64,000 nt of DNA, taken from the NCBI RefSeq assembly GCF_006345805.1, contig NC_042998.1, positions 126,232,001 through 126,296,000 of the forward strand. Reading direction: 5' to 3'. Source of the stretch: Octopus sinensis (Eukaryota). The position numbers and the translations under genes are program-made. This document shows, piece by piece, positions 1 through 13,665 of this stretch. The notes under the pieces are model-generated. The model ran no database searches, was not told the origin of the DNA, and saw only the letters and a program-made list of their open reading frames with translations. The first letter of the stretch is position 1. Each line of letters begins with the position of its first letter.

Positions 1-781
<781 letters not shown>

Positions 782-865
782 TAGTACTTGGTATTTTAGT
801 CTTGCACATTTAAAGAATTTTGAGGCTATAGTGCAACTGAATGCTGTTTTGTTTTTCTATTTCAG

Positions 866-995
866 AGATTACAAGGCAAAATTATCAAGATAGTTGATGT
901 TTCCTATGGAGGAGAGAATGGTTTTAATCAAGCAATTGAACTAGCATCAGATGCTTTAGCGAATGTTAAATTTATTCAAGAAAAGAAATTGATAG
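866..995 (+). CDS. ETF1: eRF1 exon
   Basis: ttcag acceptor, gtattt donor. [43 protein letters not shown](G) is in frame with the previous exon. Confidence 0.97.
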
Positions 996-1043
996 GTATT
1001 TAAAAAAGTTTTTTAAAATTTTATTTTAACGAAACTATTACTT

Positions 1044-1132
1044 GGAGCCTGATGCAGCTCTCCAGCTTGCCAGCTCTGGTCAAACCGTTCAGCCCATGCC
1101 AGCATGGACAATGGACATTAAATGATGATGAT
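1044..1132 (+). mobile_element. 5'-truncated copy of the same retroposon tail
   Basis: cccatgccagcatggacaatggacattaaatgatgatgat. Confidence 0.6.
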
Positions 1133-3425
1133 ATGGCTGTGGTGTTTCCTACATACTATAGTGTACTAAAGAATAAACCTTTGAAATTGAATAGCCGGAC
1201 AGTCATTAGTGAGTGTCTTTATACAATCTCAGTGTAATTAGTAATAGGAATCAGCTGGACCAATTTCAAACTTCATTAGCAACTGGCACTTTTCTCAAAC
1301 TATCCACTATGTATGTGTGCATGCAACTGCTATTATTAAGGGTTTTATTAAATTGAACTCACAATTTGCAGAATTGCATTCTTGACAGCTGGTTTGGTTA
1401 ATGAATTAATAACGTCTTATCAGTGTTCATTTTTGATGCTGTACTGTTCTACAGAATAAACTTATCAATGTTTGTGTATCCAATTCAATACACAGTGGTT
1501 ATATATGCAGTTCACTGGATGGTTAGAGCTGATCTCTTTTTCTGCCCATGGTAAAATTGTATAAAATTAACTGTATTTAATTTCAGTTTAGATATGCCGT
1601 GCTTTTTTGAAATTTATGAATTTATTCTGTGGCTTCAAAAACAAATATGTTAGTAATTTATAAATGTACATGGGCAGTGTAGATAGTAGAGACAGTAGTG
1701 TTGTTTGCTCTGTGGTCAGCTTTTTATTTTTGGTGGGGTCAAATATGAATATTATGGTCAATACCTATTAGTCTTAGTGCTTGGTATTAAAAGCTGTTGT
1801 CGCCACAGATATGATTCATACCAATGGGAATTATCTTAAAAAGGCTTTGCACTGTCAAGTTTAAAAACCTCTCTGATAAAATAACACTGATATTTAATTT
1901 TCATTATTGCATTCCGGAATTTGATTAAAAATGTTTGGTTGATGATAAAAATCCTTAATATTTGCAAGGTGTAACCACTGGTTTATAATACCCAAAGTTT
2001 GGTGACTGCTGATGTCGATTAAGCTTTACCAGTAGGGTTGGTATAAGTATTAGCATAATACTCCATCTCCATTCAGTTGGTTCCTTTTGTTACAAAAATA
2101 GATATAAAGAAATCAATTTTTTTGTTTAATTGGGTTTTTAAAAATCCATTTTTTGTAGGGAAGGGAAATTGAAATTATTTCACCAAATGTCCTTTCTCCA
2201 TCTTGGACCAAAAAAATAACATTTATTCTAGTTTGAATTCAACTTCTGGTAGAATACCTGGTGCTTTTCTGTCAAGCTTGTTATTGCAGTTATTCTATTT
2301 TGTAGTTGGTTTTACAAAATTTATATTTAAAATACTAGAGTGAAATATTTTGTTCTCAAAAGCTGGTGTGTTAGTTATATTTTTATTACTTTATGATAAA
2401 ATGTAACTGGATCAATGAATTCTTGGTGGTTCTGATCACTGAGATTTTTCGGAATAGCTACACAGGAGTAGTTTCACACATAGTTCACTCCAGGCCCATG
2501 GCTGATATTCAGTGTTCTTACTGCTAACAACAGTGAGCTGTATCAACCAACTTATACTATTTAAGTATATATACTAAGTTCTTTTCCATGAACACAATAC
2601 AGTCTAGGTAACAGGTTATCAACTATTGACTCTGCCAGTAGGGTTGATATAAATACTAGCATAATACTCAGTCTCTATTCAGTAAGTTCCTTTTGTTACA
2701 AAATATACTTGGTTCCCTTTGTCAGCCAATTAAAGTTACCTAAAGAAACTATTTGTTTTTGAGTTGGGACTAGTCAGATGTCATGTCTTGGATTCACTTT
2801 CAGTAAATTAGCAATGTTTGAATACTATTGTGTAGTTTTAAAGCATTTAGTAATATTTCTCCTGGTGTCAAAAAGACAAAAATAAAAGATTATACACATG
2901 CACACACATATTATTCATGGCCTCATCTTTAGAGATGGAAAAATGTGATATTTGCACCTCTACACTGCAGTTTTGTCTCTGATTATCAATATGTCAGAAG
3001 TCTTGTAGTAATTAGTGTTAACAGCTTTTGTTTAGGTAGAAAATTTCCTATTTCAAATCCATTATGTACCCATCCAGAAATAAAGTATATCTTGATGAAC
3101 AAACTGATTGTAATTAGTTACAGAAAAATTGGGTTTTTAGAGGTGAGCTCAGAAAACTTTTGTTAATTCTTTGATATCAACTGCTTGAGACTAGCCCTGA
3201 TTTTATAGCATAAAACTTTCTGCTTTAAAGTGATAAACTAAACCTTCTATCAAGATTTATTGTCAGTTTATGTTCCAGATATCAGCTCAATAATGCTAGT
3301 TATTTTAAATTCTTCATTAACAAAAGGATTAATTCTATTAAAATAAATGGCAATTGGAAATTAAAGTTGTAATAATTTAGTTTTTTTTTTGTTAAGTTAA
3401 TTTTAATAAAATTTACTTTTTACAG

Positions 3426-3581
3426 GCAGGTATTTTGATGAGATATCTCAGGATACAGGCAAATATTGTTTTGGTGTTGATGACACCTTAAAAGCTTTAG
3501 AAATGGGTGCTGTTGACATTCTGATCGTCTGGGAAAATCTTGATATTACAAGATATATCTTGAAGAACCATTCCACAGATG
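3426..3581 (+). CDS. ETF1: eRF1 exon
   Basis: tacag acceptor, gtgagt donor. [51 protein letters not shown]. Confidence 0.97.
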
Positions 3582-5232
3582 GTGAGTAAATTAATTTCTT
3601 GTTTCATATAACATTGGTTGAGGAAAAAATGCCACTGCCCTTTATTTCAAACGAAACAAGGGTCAGTGGCATTTGTCAATTCATTTTGTCCAGTAGTATT
3701 TTATTAGTATCTTAAGGAAGAATGTGAATATTACAACATTTGATCTTCCTAAAAGTCTGTCTTTGATTGTAAGAATGAATGCACCTTTTAAATGTTTTTT
3801 TTTAATTAAGGTTTCTATTTCAAATTACTCCTATGTTATGTTTCATAAAAGGGCTTGTGATAAAATTTTGTTGAATGATAAAGTAGTTAACTATTTGATA
3901 ATGTTAGGAGTAATTCATTGAATATACTTTCTATTCTAATTTGGGAGTGGACCAACAAAAATAGCTGCCTTGCCCAGGAAGTACAACAGAACACTTTGTA
4001 AGATTTGAGCTTATGATTGGAGTTAGTTCTTCAGTTGCTTAGTCTTACAGCCATAACACACAATCCACCTGTCCACTGATGTGTGTGTGTGCTATACCAG
4101 CCAGAAACCATAATTTGGATTGAAATATGGTTAATTCCCCTATATATATTATGACATTGTTTTACATAAAATTTGGTTGATGAATTTTAATAATTCTTCA
4201 GTAATGACCCATGCAAGCATGGAAAAATGGACATTTAAGGATGATGATGAATAACATTTAGTTTTACAAAATTCTTCCTGACAGTGACCACATGATTACC
4301 AAGTTTGATGAAACTATTCTGTAGTTATTTTAAAGCTCATTTAGGATAGGTAATCCACTGGTGGCAGTGGTATTGGTTTTCAGCTGATATTAATATCGTA
4401 ATAACCCATGCTAGCATGGAAACCGGTTGTTAAACGATGATAATGATTTGCTTATTATTACAAAAAGTAGCACATTTTCAATTACAGTTTAACAATTTCC
4501 CTGAGATGAAAAAGTACTAAATAACTTCTATTACTACAGTTCTTGGCTAGTTCTAGTGGAGCTGTACATTCATGTAATAATGAAGCTGGTATTATGTTGT
4601 AATAATTGTTCCTGTTGCTACTATAATCTCAGTGTTATATGTGAGTCCTGAAGATGTTGAAAATTTACATATTTGCATGTGGTTTGTACTTCGTTTAAAT
4701 TTTGGAGAGGAGCTTTTTAAAAGCTTAAATTCTCTTATTAAAGCACAATTCTGATTAGAAATTGGCAATAGAAAATTCTGTTATCAGTTTTAGTGGTTAT
4801 ATAAAATGTGATATAGAAACATGGTGTACATGCACAGTGGCTGTAAGATTAAAATGCTGGATTGCTAACCTTTATAGTTTGCTATAGCCATTGAGTTGCG
4901 TCACTGGTCAAGTCTGTTTAGTTTATCTAATGAAAGATGCACCACAATTTTGGCAGCCCTTTCCTTGAACTACCACTTATTTACCTGAACCATGATCTCC
5001 TGCTTATCAAATGTAGGTTGGTTTTCTTGGATATTTCTTTCAAAAAGTGTCTCTTTAAAATTCAAATACATCAAGTGGCTAGCAATAGCAAGGGCATCCA
5101 GCTGTGAAAGAAATTCTTCAGCGAATTTGAAGGCTATAAAGATATGACTGTAAAATAGTAGGAATTTAAAGATGTAAATACATACTTTTATATTTGTTAG
5201 CTAATTTGTTTCTCTTTTTGTTATATTTGTAG

Positions 5233-5297
5233 AGGAGAAAATCTTGCATTTGAGGCCAGAGCAGGAAAAAGACAAAACACACTTCATGGAAAAAGAA
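5233..5297 (+). CDS. ETF1: eRF1 exon (C-domain minidomain)
   Basis: ttgtag acceptor, gtttgt donor. (E)EKILHLRPEQEKDKTHFMEKE; phase 1 in, phase 0 out, consistent with neighbours. Confidence 0.93.
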
Positions 5298-6079
5298 GTT
5301 TGTTCTTTCACTATTTTTTTATACCTGCTTTACTTGTTTTTTAGATCTAAAATAATTTGATTTGTTTGTTTATTTTGACAGTGTGTAAATATTTCAAAGT
5401 ATAGCCTTGAGCTAAAATCTAGATTGCTTTTTGTAATGTGGCAGGCCACTTTCATTAGAAGCTTCAGGTGTTTTATTTCAGTATATGACTATTTTTCATT
5501 ACAAGGTGCTTTATTTTGCATTTTTATTATTTTTTGTTCATACAAAGCTGTGTTACATCTTTAATCTTATTGAAATGAGAGAAGTTATGTTTACAACATG
5601 GGGTTGCTATGTTAGCTCATTGAAGTTTAGTTTAAGCAAGTTTAAATAAAAGGCTAGTGGATTTGTTTTTTATAAAGTATTACTTCAAAATTTATAATAT
5701 TAGATATGAAAACTGTTACAGTTGATATAATATCATGATTTTCAGAATTTATACATGTAAACTATTGAAGTAAATTGATTGAGATACACTATCTTTAATT
5801 ATTAATGCCTATTTGGTCAATTTATTTTAAAAAACAAATACAAGAAACCTTGTTGAAACTTGCTTAAGTATACCTCATTGTGAACTAGGAATAAACTTTT
5901 CAGTCAATTATTTAAAACTGAAATTTCTTTTTGTGACAGATGGGGACAGGAATGGCCATGTAATTAAGAAGTTCACTTCGTGATTACTTGGTTCCAAGTA
6001 TGGTCCCACTGCATAATTCAGTAGACTATGTGGAAGTCCATATTTGGGTTTCTGCACAATTTAGAAGCATGGAAAACAG

Positions 6080-9000
6080 AATCAATACAGTGTTGAGCTA
6101 AATACTCTTGTAGTTGGTCAAGATGAAGTTACGTTGCCCATAGCCATCACAAACCCAGTGATATTGCAGTTTAATGTTCCTATCAAATAATTACAGGAAC
6201 AAAATTGCTGACAGATTGGTCATAGTTTTTACTAGGATGAGGGACAACTCAATATAGATAATGAGAGAAAGAGACAAGTGAGGGAGTGTCTTAGGAGCAG
6301 GGATCAGTACAGTAAACATAGAAAAGGCAGAAAATGGAGGCAGCATGTCAGTGGACTGTATGTAGTAGTGTGTTGATGTCATACCAATCAGCTGTGGCTT
6401 TTCTTTGAATGCAGTTTAGGATGTGTGTGTGTGTATCAACAGCATTGTCCTAGATTTGGAAGCAGTACACCATTATGGATGTATTTAAGTTTTGTGGAGA
6501 GTTGTTGGGGATTAAAATACCTTCTAGCACTGAAAAATAAGATCAGTCTTTGCCAAGTTGATGTGCATTTGCCAGAAGGGATCCATAGTGATATTACTAC
6601 TTGGCAATTGTAGCAGCCTTATGGGAATTTAGTGTAGTTGGTTGCAATATTGTTTTCTTAATATATGTAATAATTCTGCCTATTGGCACACTTCCATTAA
6701 ATGTTTTATTAAATCAGAATTCAGTCTGTTTGTTCAGTGCAGGTTTGCTATTGATGTTACAGTTATTTCTATATATGTGTATTCCTTGCACTTGTCTGAG
6801 ATGAGTGGGAGAGCTAGTCATCCTTTTGAATGTTGTATAGTGTTCTCTGGTGTGGGAGTTGACGACTTCTTGTGTACTGACAAGGACTGTAGGGATTGAA
6901 GCTAACTGCAGTAGCAAGCCATTTCTCGCATGTGTAGATGGTTTTGTTTTTCCTTTTTTTCATTTGTGTCGGTTATCTCTGTACAACATGTTATGCATTG
7001 TGCACTGTTTCAAGTTTTTTGTAGTTTATTGTGGCTTGTGGGGAAATTTGACAGGGCTTGCTTAGTCCATAATGGATATAATGTAGTATTTGTAAACCAT
7101 TGCTGTTTCCGTCTTATTTCTTAATTGCCCACAAGGGGCTAAACATAGAGGAGACAGACAAAAGGATTAAGTCAATTACATCAATCCCAGTGCGTAAGGA
7201 TGAAAGGCAAAGTTGACCTCGGCGGAATTTGAGCTCAGAACGTTTCTGCCAGCTCGCCGCCTTCCTTGCTGTTTCCTTCTGTTAGCCAAATGTGGTACCT
7301 GGGATTGCTCTAAGTATTTGCATTGCTTTGCTTTCTTTACTGTCTTCTGTATTTTGGGAATAAGTTGTGACTTGTATTTATGTTTTCTCTGTATTGTGTG
7401 TGGTTTAGTTGTTGTTGAGGAATATCTGTTTTTGATGTTCTATGTTGTTGCTGATAGGAAGGGAAACTGGATTTAGTATGTTGCTATGGAACTAGTCGCA
7501 GATAGTTGGGCAGTAGTGTCACGGGAATGAATGAAGATATGAGTGTTGGGTTGTTTATGTAATATTATGTAGGAATGTTGTGAAGGTATATATTGGAAAA
7601 CAGTGAGTGATAGGAGGAATCTCTGTGGTAATCCATTTGGGAAATAGGTTGTAGAAGTGTAGTTTTTGTATAATACATAGGCTTGGCTGTCTTGCATATA
7701 GTTTACTGGTTTTGAGTGTCTTTTGTATGAGTAAATAGTGAGGAGTGGAGCTGAAAACTTTTGCTGGTGTTAATGGTATTTAGAATTGCATTATCTGAAC
7801 ACGTGATTTGGAGAGGGGAATGTATCAGTTAGTGATGTCAAGGATTATGTTTGATCATTTGTCTAATCTCTGACAAGGTTGTGGAAATTTGACAATATAG
7901 AGTAGTTTTAGACGTTTAGTGCAGTGGTTCCTGTGGGTGTGAGGTGTTTTAAATGTAGATTTGTTTGGCTGAGACTTATGAATTTAGGGGATTTTCATAA
8001 AAGAAATAGGTCAGAATCACTGTCTCGATGGGAGGTGCAAATTCTTAGTGTTGCTTCTCTTTGTGTAGTTTTTGGCAACTGAGAAATAGCTAATGGGGAT
8101 GGATTATTAAGGTTGTTATTGTGGCATGAGCTCTTGTGTGACCACTGTTATTGATATTGCTTATTACTCTGTATAGTGTTTTATCATTAGTTTTGTGGTT
8201 GTGTAGATTTGGTGTTTGAGTTTGTCTCTGGTTATTATGAGGTTAGTAATTTTTTTACTGAATATAAAGGTATGTTGAACTTGCCAGATGGGATGTGATT
8301 TTTAGATATAAATTTATAATATATGTGTGACAGTGTCCGTGATTGGAGATTGTATTGCTGCTGAATTCTGTAAACCATGTATTTGCATCATGACAGAATC
8401 TTCTCCATTGAGCTTTCTTACCTTGTAAATGTGTCTTGGCTTTTTTTCATTGATGTGCAAACAGTAGGTGGTCTGAGATTAGTTGGGGAATTGTTTGCCA
8501 GGTGAATGTGGTAGCTAAGCATGGAGAGCAGGAAGTTATGTCTAGGGAAGTGGTGCAGTTAGTTTGGTGATGTATATATGTGTATGTTGGTGTGAGTGTA
8601 AAGAGAGTCGAGTTGCAATGATATTACATCACCTCTCTCGTTATCTGTACTATTTGAAAACCAGGAGGTGTTGAGTGCATTGAAGTCTCCCCAATGATGG
8701 TGTTTGTGAGAGTGTTAAAGTGCTGTAGCTGGTTGGGGTGCAACCTGGTGGGACAGTTGGTGAGGTTGGTAGTGGTATGTATATGTTTATTATATTAATG
8801 TGCTTCATGTTGCTAGTTTTATACAGTTTCTAGTGTAGTGTTTTTTCCTGTTAGTTGATGAATGTTATTTGTCATATCTGTTTATTGAATGCAAGTTTTT
8901 CTTTTAAATCATGTTATAGGATCTTTTCTGTTGTTAAAGTGTCTGCCTCGTCTGATATGAGTAAAATTTGGAATAGTGGTTATTTGGTGTTTTGGTGAAA

Positions 9001-9990
9001 GAATGTTTCCTAAACTATTGCTACATGAATGTTGTGAGAGATGATGAACACTTAAGTTCCATAAAGGTTTTTTTTAATGTCATTAGTGTTGTAATGCAGA
9101 ATTTTAAAAAAGATTTGTTTACACAATTTATTTTTCTGTATGAAATGTTTATTTTTAAAAGTATTCATACAAACCTGTGATTGTAGGGAGTTAAGGTACA
9201 ACTTGTTTTTATTGTCACTGTATTTTTCTGGATTATTTGTAAGTGTTTGGTGGAGTTTGTATGTATTTTGAAGGCTTTGTGAAACACCTTTGTGTAAGAA
9301 CTTCAGCTGATTGATGCAGAAGGTGTAGCTTCTCTCCCTGATGGTATTCACACTTGTGAGAGAAATATGTGTCCTAAAATTTGTTCAATTGGCTTTCTAG
9401 CCATGGCCAGTCTGTTGTCTTTTTTGATGTATTCAATATTGTTTAAACCTTTTTGTATGTAACTACCTTTCAAGGCAGTAGGATAGTGTTTAAGGAAGAT
9501 TTAGGAGCTCTTTCTTGCAGCTCAGGACTCCCTTATTAGCATATGGTGTGTGTGTGTAAGAATGGTGGTGTAGAAAGGGATATTTTGGGGAATTGCTGAT
9601 TCTGTACAGTTAAGAGTTTGATGCAATGTAGGCAGCAAATTTAGTGGCTTTCTGAGCAAGAGTATCACCTAGAGGACTGTCTTGGTTTAGAAGTAAGGCA
9701 AAGGAGAATTCTGCAAAGTTAGCAGATCCTCTCAACAAGAGATTAGGGCAAAATGATTGGTTGCAGTTTGAGAGGCAGGCTCTGCCAACCTTTGCATTTT
9801 GGATGATGGTCTTGCAGGAGTTGCAGTATTGTCTAAAAGCTGTTCCATACAGTGGATATTTGTGATATGGCTCAACAGGTGCAAAGACATTGATAATTGG
9901 AGGTGAGCAAAATGACAATGAATATCAGACAAAAGAACTGGGGTTGGTATTATTAACAAAAACCCATGAATATGATAATGTAACATAGGT
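6080..9990 (-). mobile_element. Highly decayed APE-RT LINE (I/Jockey/R1 group) in the large ETF1 intron
   Basis: Minus-strand relics in LINE order: ILHYNTNDIK (~9090), HNIHVAIV*ET (~9030), NIYIP (~8780), frameshifted GDFN..W (~8685), LDITSCSPCLATTFTWQTIPQLISDHLL (8465-8550), LHLKHLTPTG (~7945), FPNGLPQRFLLS (~7630), NYKKLETVHNA (~7010). Many stops and frameshifts; outer limits uncertain. Confidence 0.65.
7111..7265 (-). mobile_element. Internally deleted tRNA-derived SINE (family B) inserted in the LINE relic
   Basis: Reverse complement of aggcggcgagctggcagaaac...ccgaggtcaactttgcctttcatcc; 11-bp TSD ttgctgtttcc at 7100-7110 and 7266-7276. Confidence 0.8.
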
Positions 9991-10129
9991 GACCAACTGG
10001 AATTAGTAATAAATAAAAAAGTATAATTTTAGTAAAATTGCAATTTCTGATTAAAGGATTGATCTTATTGCCATTGATCATTTTTAGATTCATATTCTGT
10101 TTGTATGGGTTAGAAGAGTCTTCTCAAGC

Positions 10130-12050
10130 ACGGTGATCCTTTTCCATCTTCCTTCAGCTTCCTCTTCTTCTTTTGGATTATTGCTCTCTCCATCACTCAG
10201 TTTTTATCCTCTACATGCATCACTTCTTTATTAGCAGTTTTCTCTCTTGCATACTGCATCTGATTCTCTTTAATACTGCCTTTTTCTTGGCTCATTTATG
10301 CTGTTGCTCATGCACACTAACATTATACATTTATCAGTGCACACTCACTTCATTTCTTTACAGCCTTTGCACATCCTCCTCATGGATGCTCAGGTTTTGT
10401 TACCATGCAACATCGCACTTCGTACACAAGCATCATACAATCTGCCCTTCATTCAGAGAGAGAATTCTTGTGTTGCTGTTGGAGGTAATAGCTCCCAGGA
10501 CTTTTTCCATCCCGTTATATATATTATGCTTTGGGAATATATTCCTCCACAGCTGTTTTGGTCAGCTTGGTAACAGAAGCTATCAACTACCTCTAAGGAG
10601 CCTACTAAGCATTACTATTCCTGTTCATCTGCTACATATGAAATCTTCTTTGTCAGTTTCTCTAATCCTACTGCATTTCTTATGCACCCATGTCACTCTT
10701 CTGCATATTCAATATGGTCACCCCTCTAATGTTTTAGTGTTCTTCTTTCCTGCTCATTTGAACTATTTTAACTCTTTGCAAGGTTTATTTCTTCTTTCAA
10801 TTTAGGCTTTGCTTTCATGTTTGGAGTTTTTAAAAAATTCCATGACAGATTCACCTTTGAAGTCTGGATATTAATATACAATAGTTTCCACAGATAGTTT
10901 GCTTTAAACACTTTTGTTATGGCCTGGAGACTTATAACAAACAGGAAGTGGTTGAGAATTGAGCCCTAGTAGGCACTTGCCTGCATACTACATTCCTTGC
11001 TATCTCATCTTGTTCACAGCATCTCTTTACATGACTTAACATGATTTTCTCAAGTCATTCATCTACACTCAGTTTTCTTGAGACTATAGAGTTTGGTACC
11101 CTGTTAAAGGCTTTGTCTAGGCCAATGAATGTTAGGTAGAATGGTTTTCACTTAGCTAAAAGTTCCTGTAGTTCTATCTCTAGGACATCACTGGCAGTAC
11201 CATTTTTTGGTACAAATTTGAACTGCGTCTCATCTCTTCCTCATCAGTTGTGATATAACTTATATAACCTGTTCCATATCAAGTTGCTGTCTTGTAAGGT
11301 GACTGGTATAACACTATCATCATCCACTGCAAATTTTGTTTGTAGTAGTTGATGATGATGATAATAGTGCTACACCAGTCATTTAGCATGAGCCCTCTTT
11401 CTCAAGATATTTTCAACATGTTAGCTACTTTCCTTGATGATGTAGATGCCTTCATATCCTTCATTTTGCTTTAACTATATAGTTATATAACTGTCAACTT
11501 CAATAGCTTGATCCTTCTGTTGAGTTTATTTAGAGTAGGTGCTCTCTTTCCTGTGTATTTTCTCCTCATTCAATAATTTTTGTTATAACCTTTCCAAATC
11601 TGTCTGTGTAGCAGCAATGTGGCAGGTGCATTTCTGTCATTCTGTATGCATTTTTCTCAAAAATATCTTGATTTATACTACATTGCAATCAGGCCTCAGA
11701 CCCCTCTTGTAGAACATTAGGAATCCTCATACTTTCAGCTCATTTTCTCCATATTCTAGACATTTAGTTTCTCATTAGCTATCTGATTTTGTTATCTTTC
11801 TAGGCTGCCCTTTTCATTTTTACAGCTCTATCTACTTAACTATTCCATCACCATATCTGACATCTGTTCAGGTGGAACATTATTCCATCCACAGATCTGG
11901 TCTGCAGCTAGCAGCAGATTATCTCATAGTGTTTCAGTTGACCTCTCTGTCATAAGTCTCTATCTCCTCCTCATACATATTAACTAATACGTCTGTGAAC
12001 CTACATCTGGCTGAAAGCTCTTTAACTTTCCATAACTTCCTTCTCTGGGT
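10130..12050 (-). mobile_element. Decayed RTE-clade LINE (RT region)
   Basis: Minus-strand KPFYLTFIGLDKAFNRVP (~11095-11150), WVHKKCS (~10655), LEVVDSFCY (~10580), KGRLYDACVRSAMLHG (~10400-10450). C-terminal part resembles 46801-47001 and 61210-61450. Confidence 0.85.
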
Positions 12051-12143
12051 ATTACTTCTGTATTTATTAGGTATTTTTGATATTTTTTTCTCTGTTAATT
12101 ATATATGAAAGAGTTTTGTTAAATATTTTACTTTACCTTTCAG

Positions 12144-12216
12144 ACGGGAGTTGAGTTGGAATTAGTGGACCAAATGCCTCTTCTTGAATGGTTTGCAAAT
12201 AATTACAAAAACTTTG
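12144..12216 (+). CDS. ETF1: eRF1 exon
   Basis: tttcag acceptor, gtaag donor. [24 protein letters not shown](G). Confidence 0.97.
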
Positions 12217-12646
12217 GTAAGAGTTTTATTTCTTTTTTTTTAAATCTAATTTTATGATTTGGTTCAGACAGAATATTTTTGTTTGTTAGCATAATTATTA
12301 GATGATGCTTTAAGAAATAAGTTTATTAATGTTTTGTTTCTACTTTAAGAAATAAAATCTGATGACATTATTTACTGCATTATTTGTGTTCAATATATTG
12401 TTATGAAATCTGAAAAGTTGTATATTTGTGTAGGGAAAGATTTTTATATAATTCGGTTTATATAGTGCTGGAGCTGAGGACAACTTGCCAATCATTCCAA
12501 AATCTCTTTAGTTGAGAAACTGGCTTTGGTATAAGGAAATAAGTTATATAAAGAAAATATGTAATGCTAGGAGCATAGTTATGTTATTTTCACTTCAATG
12601 CCTCAAAGGAAATGATCTTATTTTTTCCTTTTTTATGATTTAATAG

Positions 12647-12721
12647 GTGCCACATTGGAAATAATTACAGACAAGTCCCAGGAAGGTGCACAATTTGTGA
12701 AAGGTTTTGGTGGTATTGGAG
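12647..12721 (+). CDS. ETF1: eRF1 exon
   Basis: aatag acceptor, gtaag donor. [24 protein letters not shown]. Confidence 0.97.
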
Positions 12722-13579
12722 GTAAGTTGAGAACCTTGAATTTAAAATCTAGAGTGGAGTAGATAGTCCTACAAGACAATGAACTACAGACATTGTCTTA
12801 GTTGAAGATTGTGAGAGAGTTTCTTTATACAAGACTTGGTTAAGATATAATTTTGGTTCTGCTACCAAAATTATATCTTGAACATCATTGACTAAGTAAT
12901 TTGTTTTTCGTGCTAACATATTTAATAGTGGCCATCAAAAATCTTAACTTGGGAGGGAAGAAAAGATGAAATGAACTCAATGACTAATATTATCTTACTA
13001 ATTATAGTATGGAAGACAGCTCCAGACATGTTTTAATTGCCAAAGTAGTAATTTTTACACTATTATGCACGAGTTGTAAAAAAATTAGTTCCAAAATGGT
13101 TAATTTGATTGAAGAATAAAAGGGAATAATATTTGATAACCCTATTTCAATTCCATTTTTTAAAATTGGTTAACATTGTGAATATATTTCTGAACCACTC
13201 CTCTGTTTTAATTTCTAAAATAATTGTGAATTTTGACTGGTTACATTAAGCAGCTATGTTTTGTTATTCGTTATAAGAATGTATTTGCCTAAACTACTCT
13301 GATTACAAGTTAATTTAATGAAATGTACAATTATTTAAATTTTGTTTAAATATCTGTTTATAAAATGAATTGTAAATAAATATTCCCCTGGGATAAATAA
13401 CAATAGCTGTACTGAAGAAATGTGCATATTGCATTTTTCATTTGAACTGGAATGTATGTAGAATAAGTAATATATAAAGGCAAAAATAGTATGAGAAATT
13501 GAAATTTATCAAGATTTGACTAACCTGCAGTGTACTATGTTTTCCACATACACAATTGTTTTTTCTTTTTCTCTTTCAG

Positions 13580-13665
13580 CCATTTTGCGGTACCAAGTAG
13601 ACTTCAATATTTTGGAGGTACACGAAGATGGTTATGACGAAGATTTTGATCTTGAAGATTACTGA
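13580..13665 (+). CDS. ETF1: eRF1 terminal coding exon
   Basis: Long polypyrimidine tract plus cag acceptor. (A)ILRYQVDFNILEVHEDGYDEDFDLEDY* with TGA at 13663-13665; acidic tail ending ...FDLEDY as in animal eRF1. Confidence 0.96.

Noticed and set aside
1939-2011. Possible C/D box snoRNA (TGATGA...CTGA)
   Set aside because: No terminal stem and no recognisable rRNA or snRNA antisense element.
10173-10805. Longest ORF in the track (210 aa, +)
   Set aside because: Antisense shadow of the RTE relic on the minus strand; composition is not protein-like.
13591-13600. Alternative acceptor (aagtag) that might open the +1 frame ORF 13628-13975
   Set aside because: Splicing there keeps the normal frame (a 21-nt deletion), so it does not explain the overlapping ORF.
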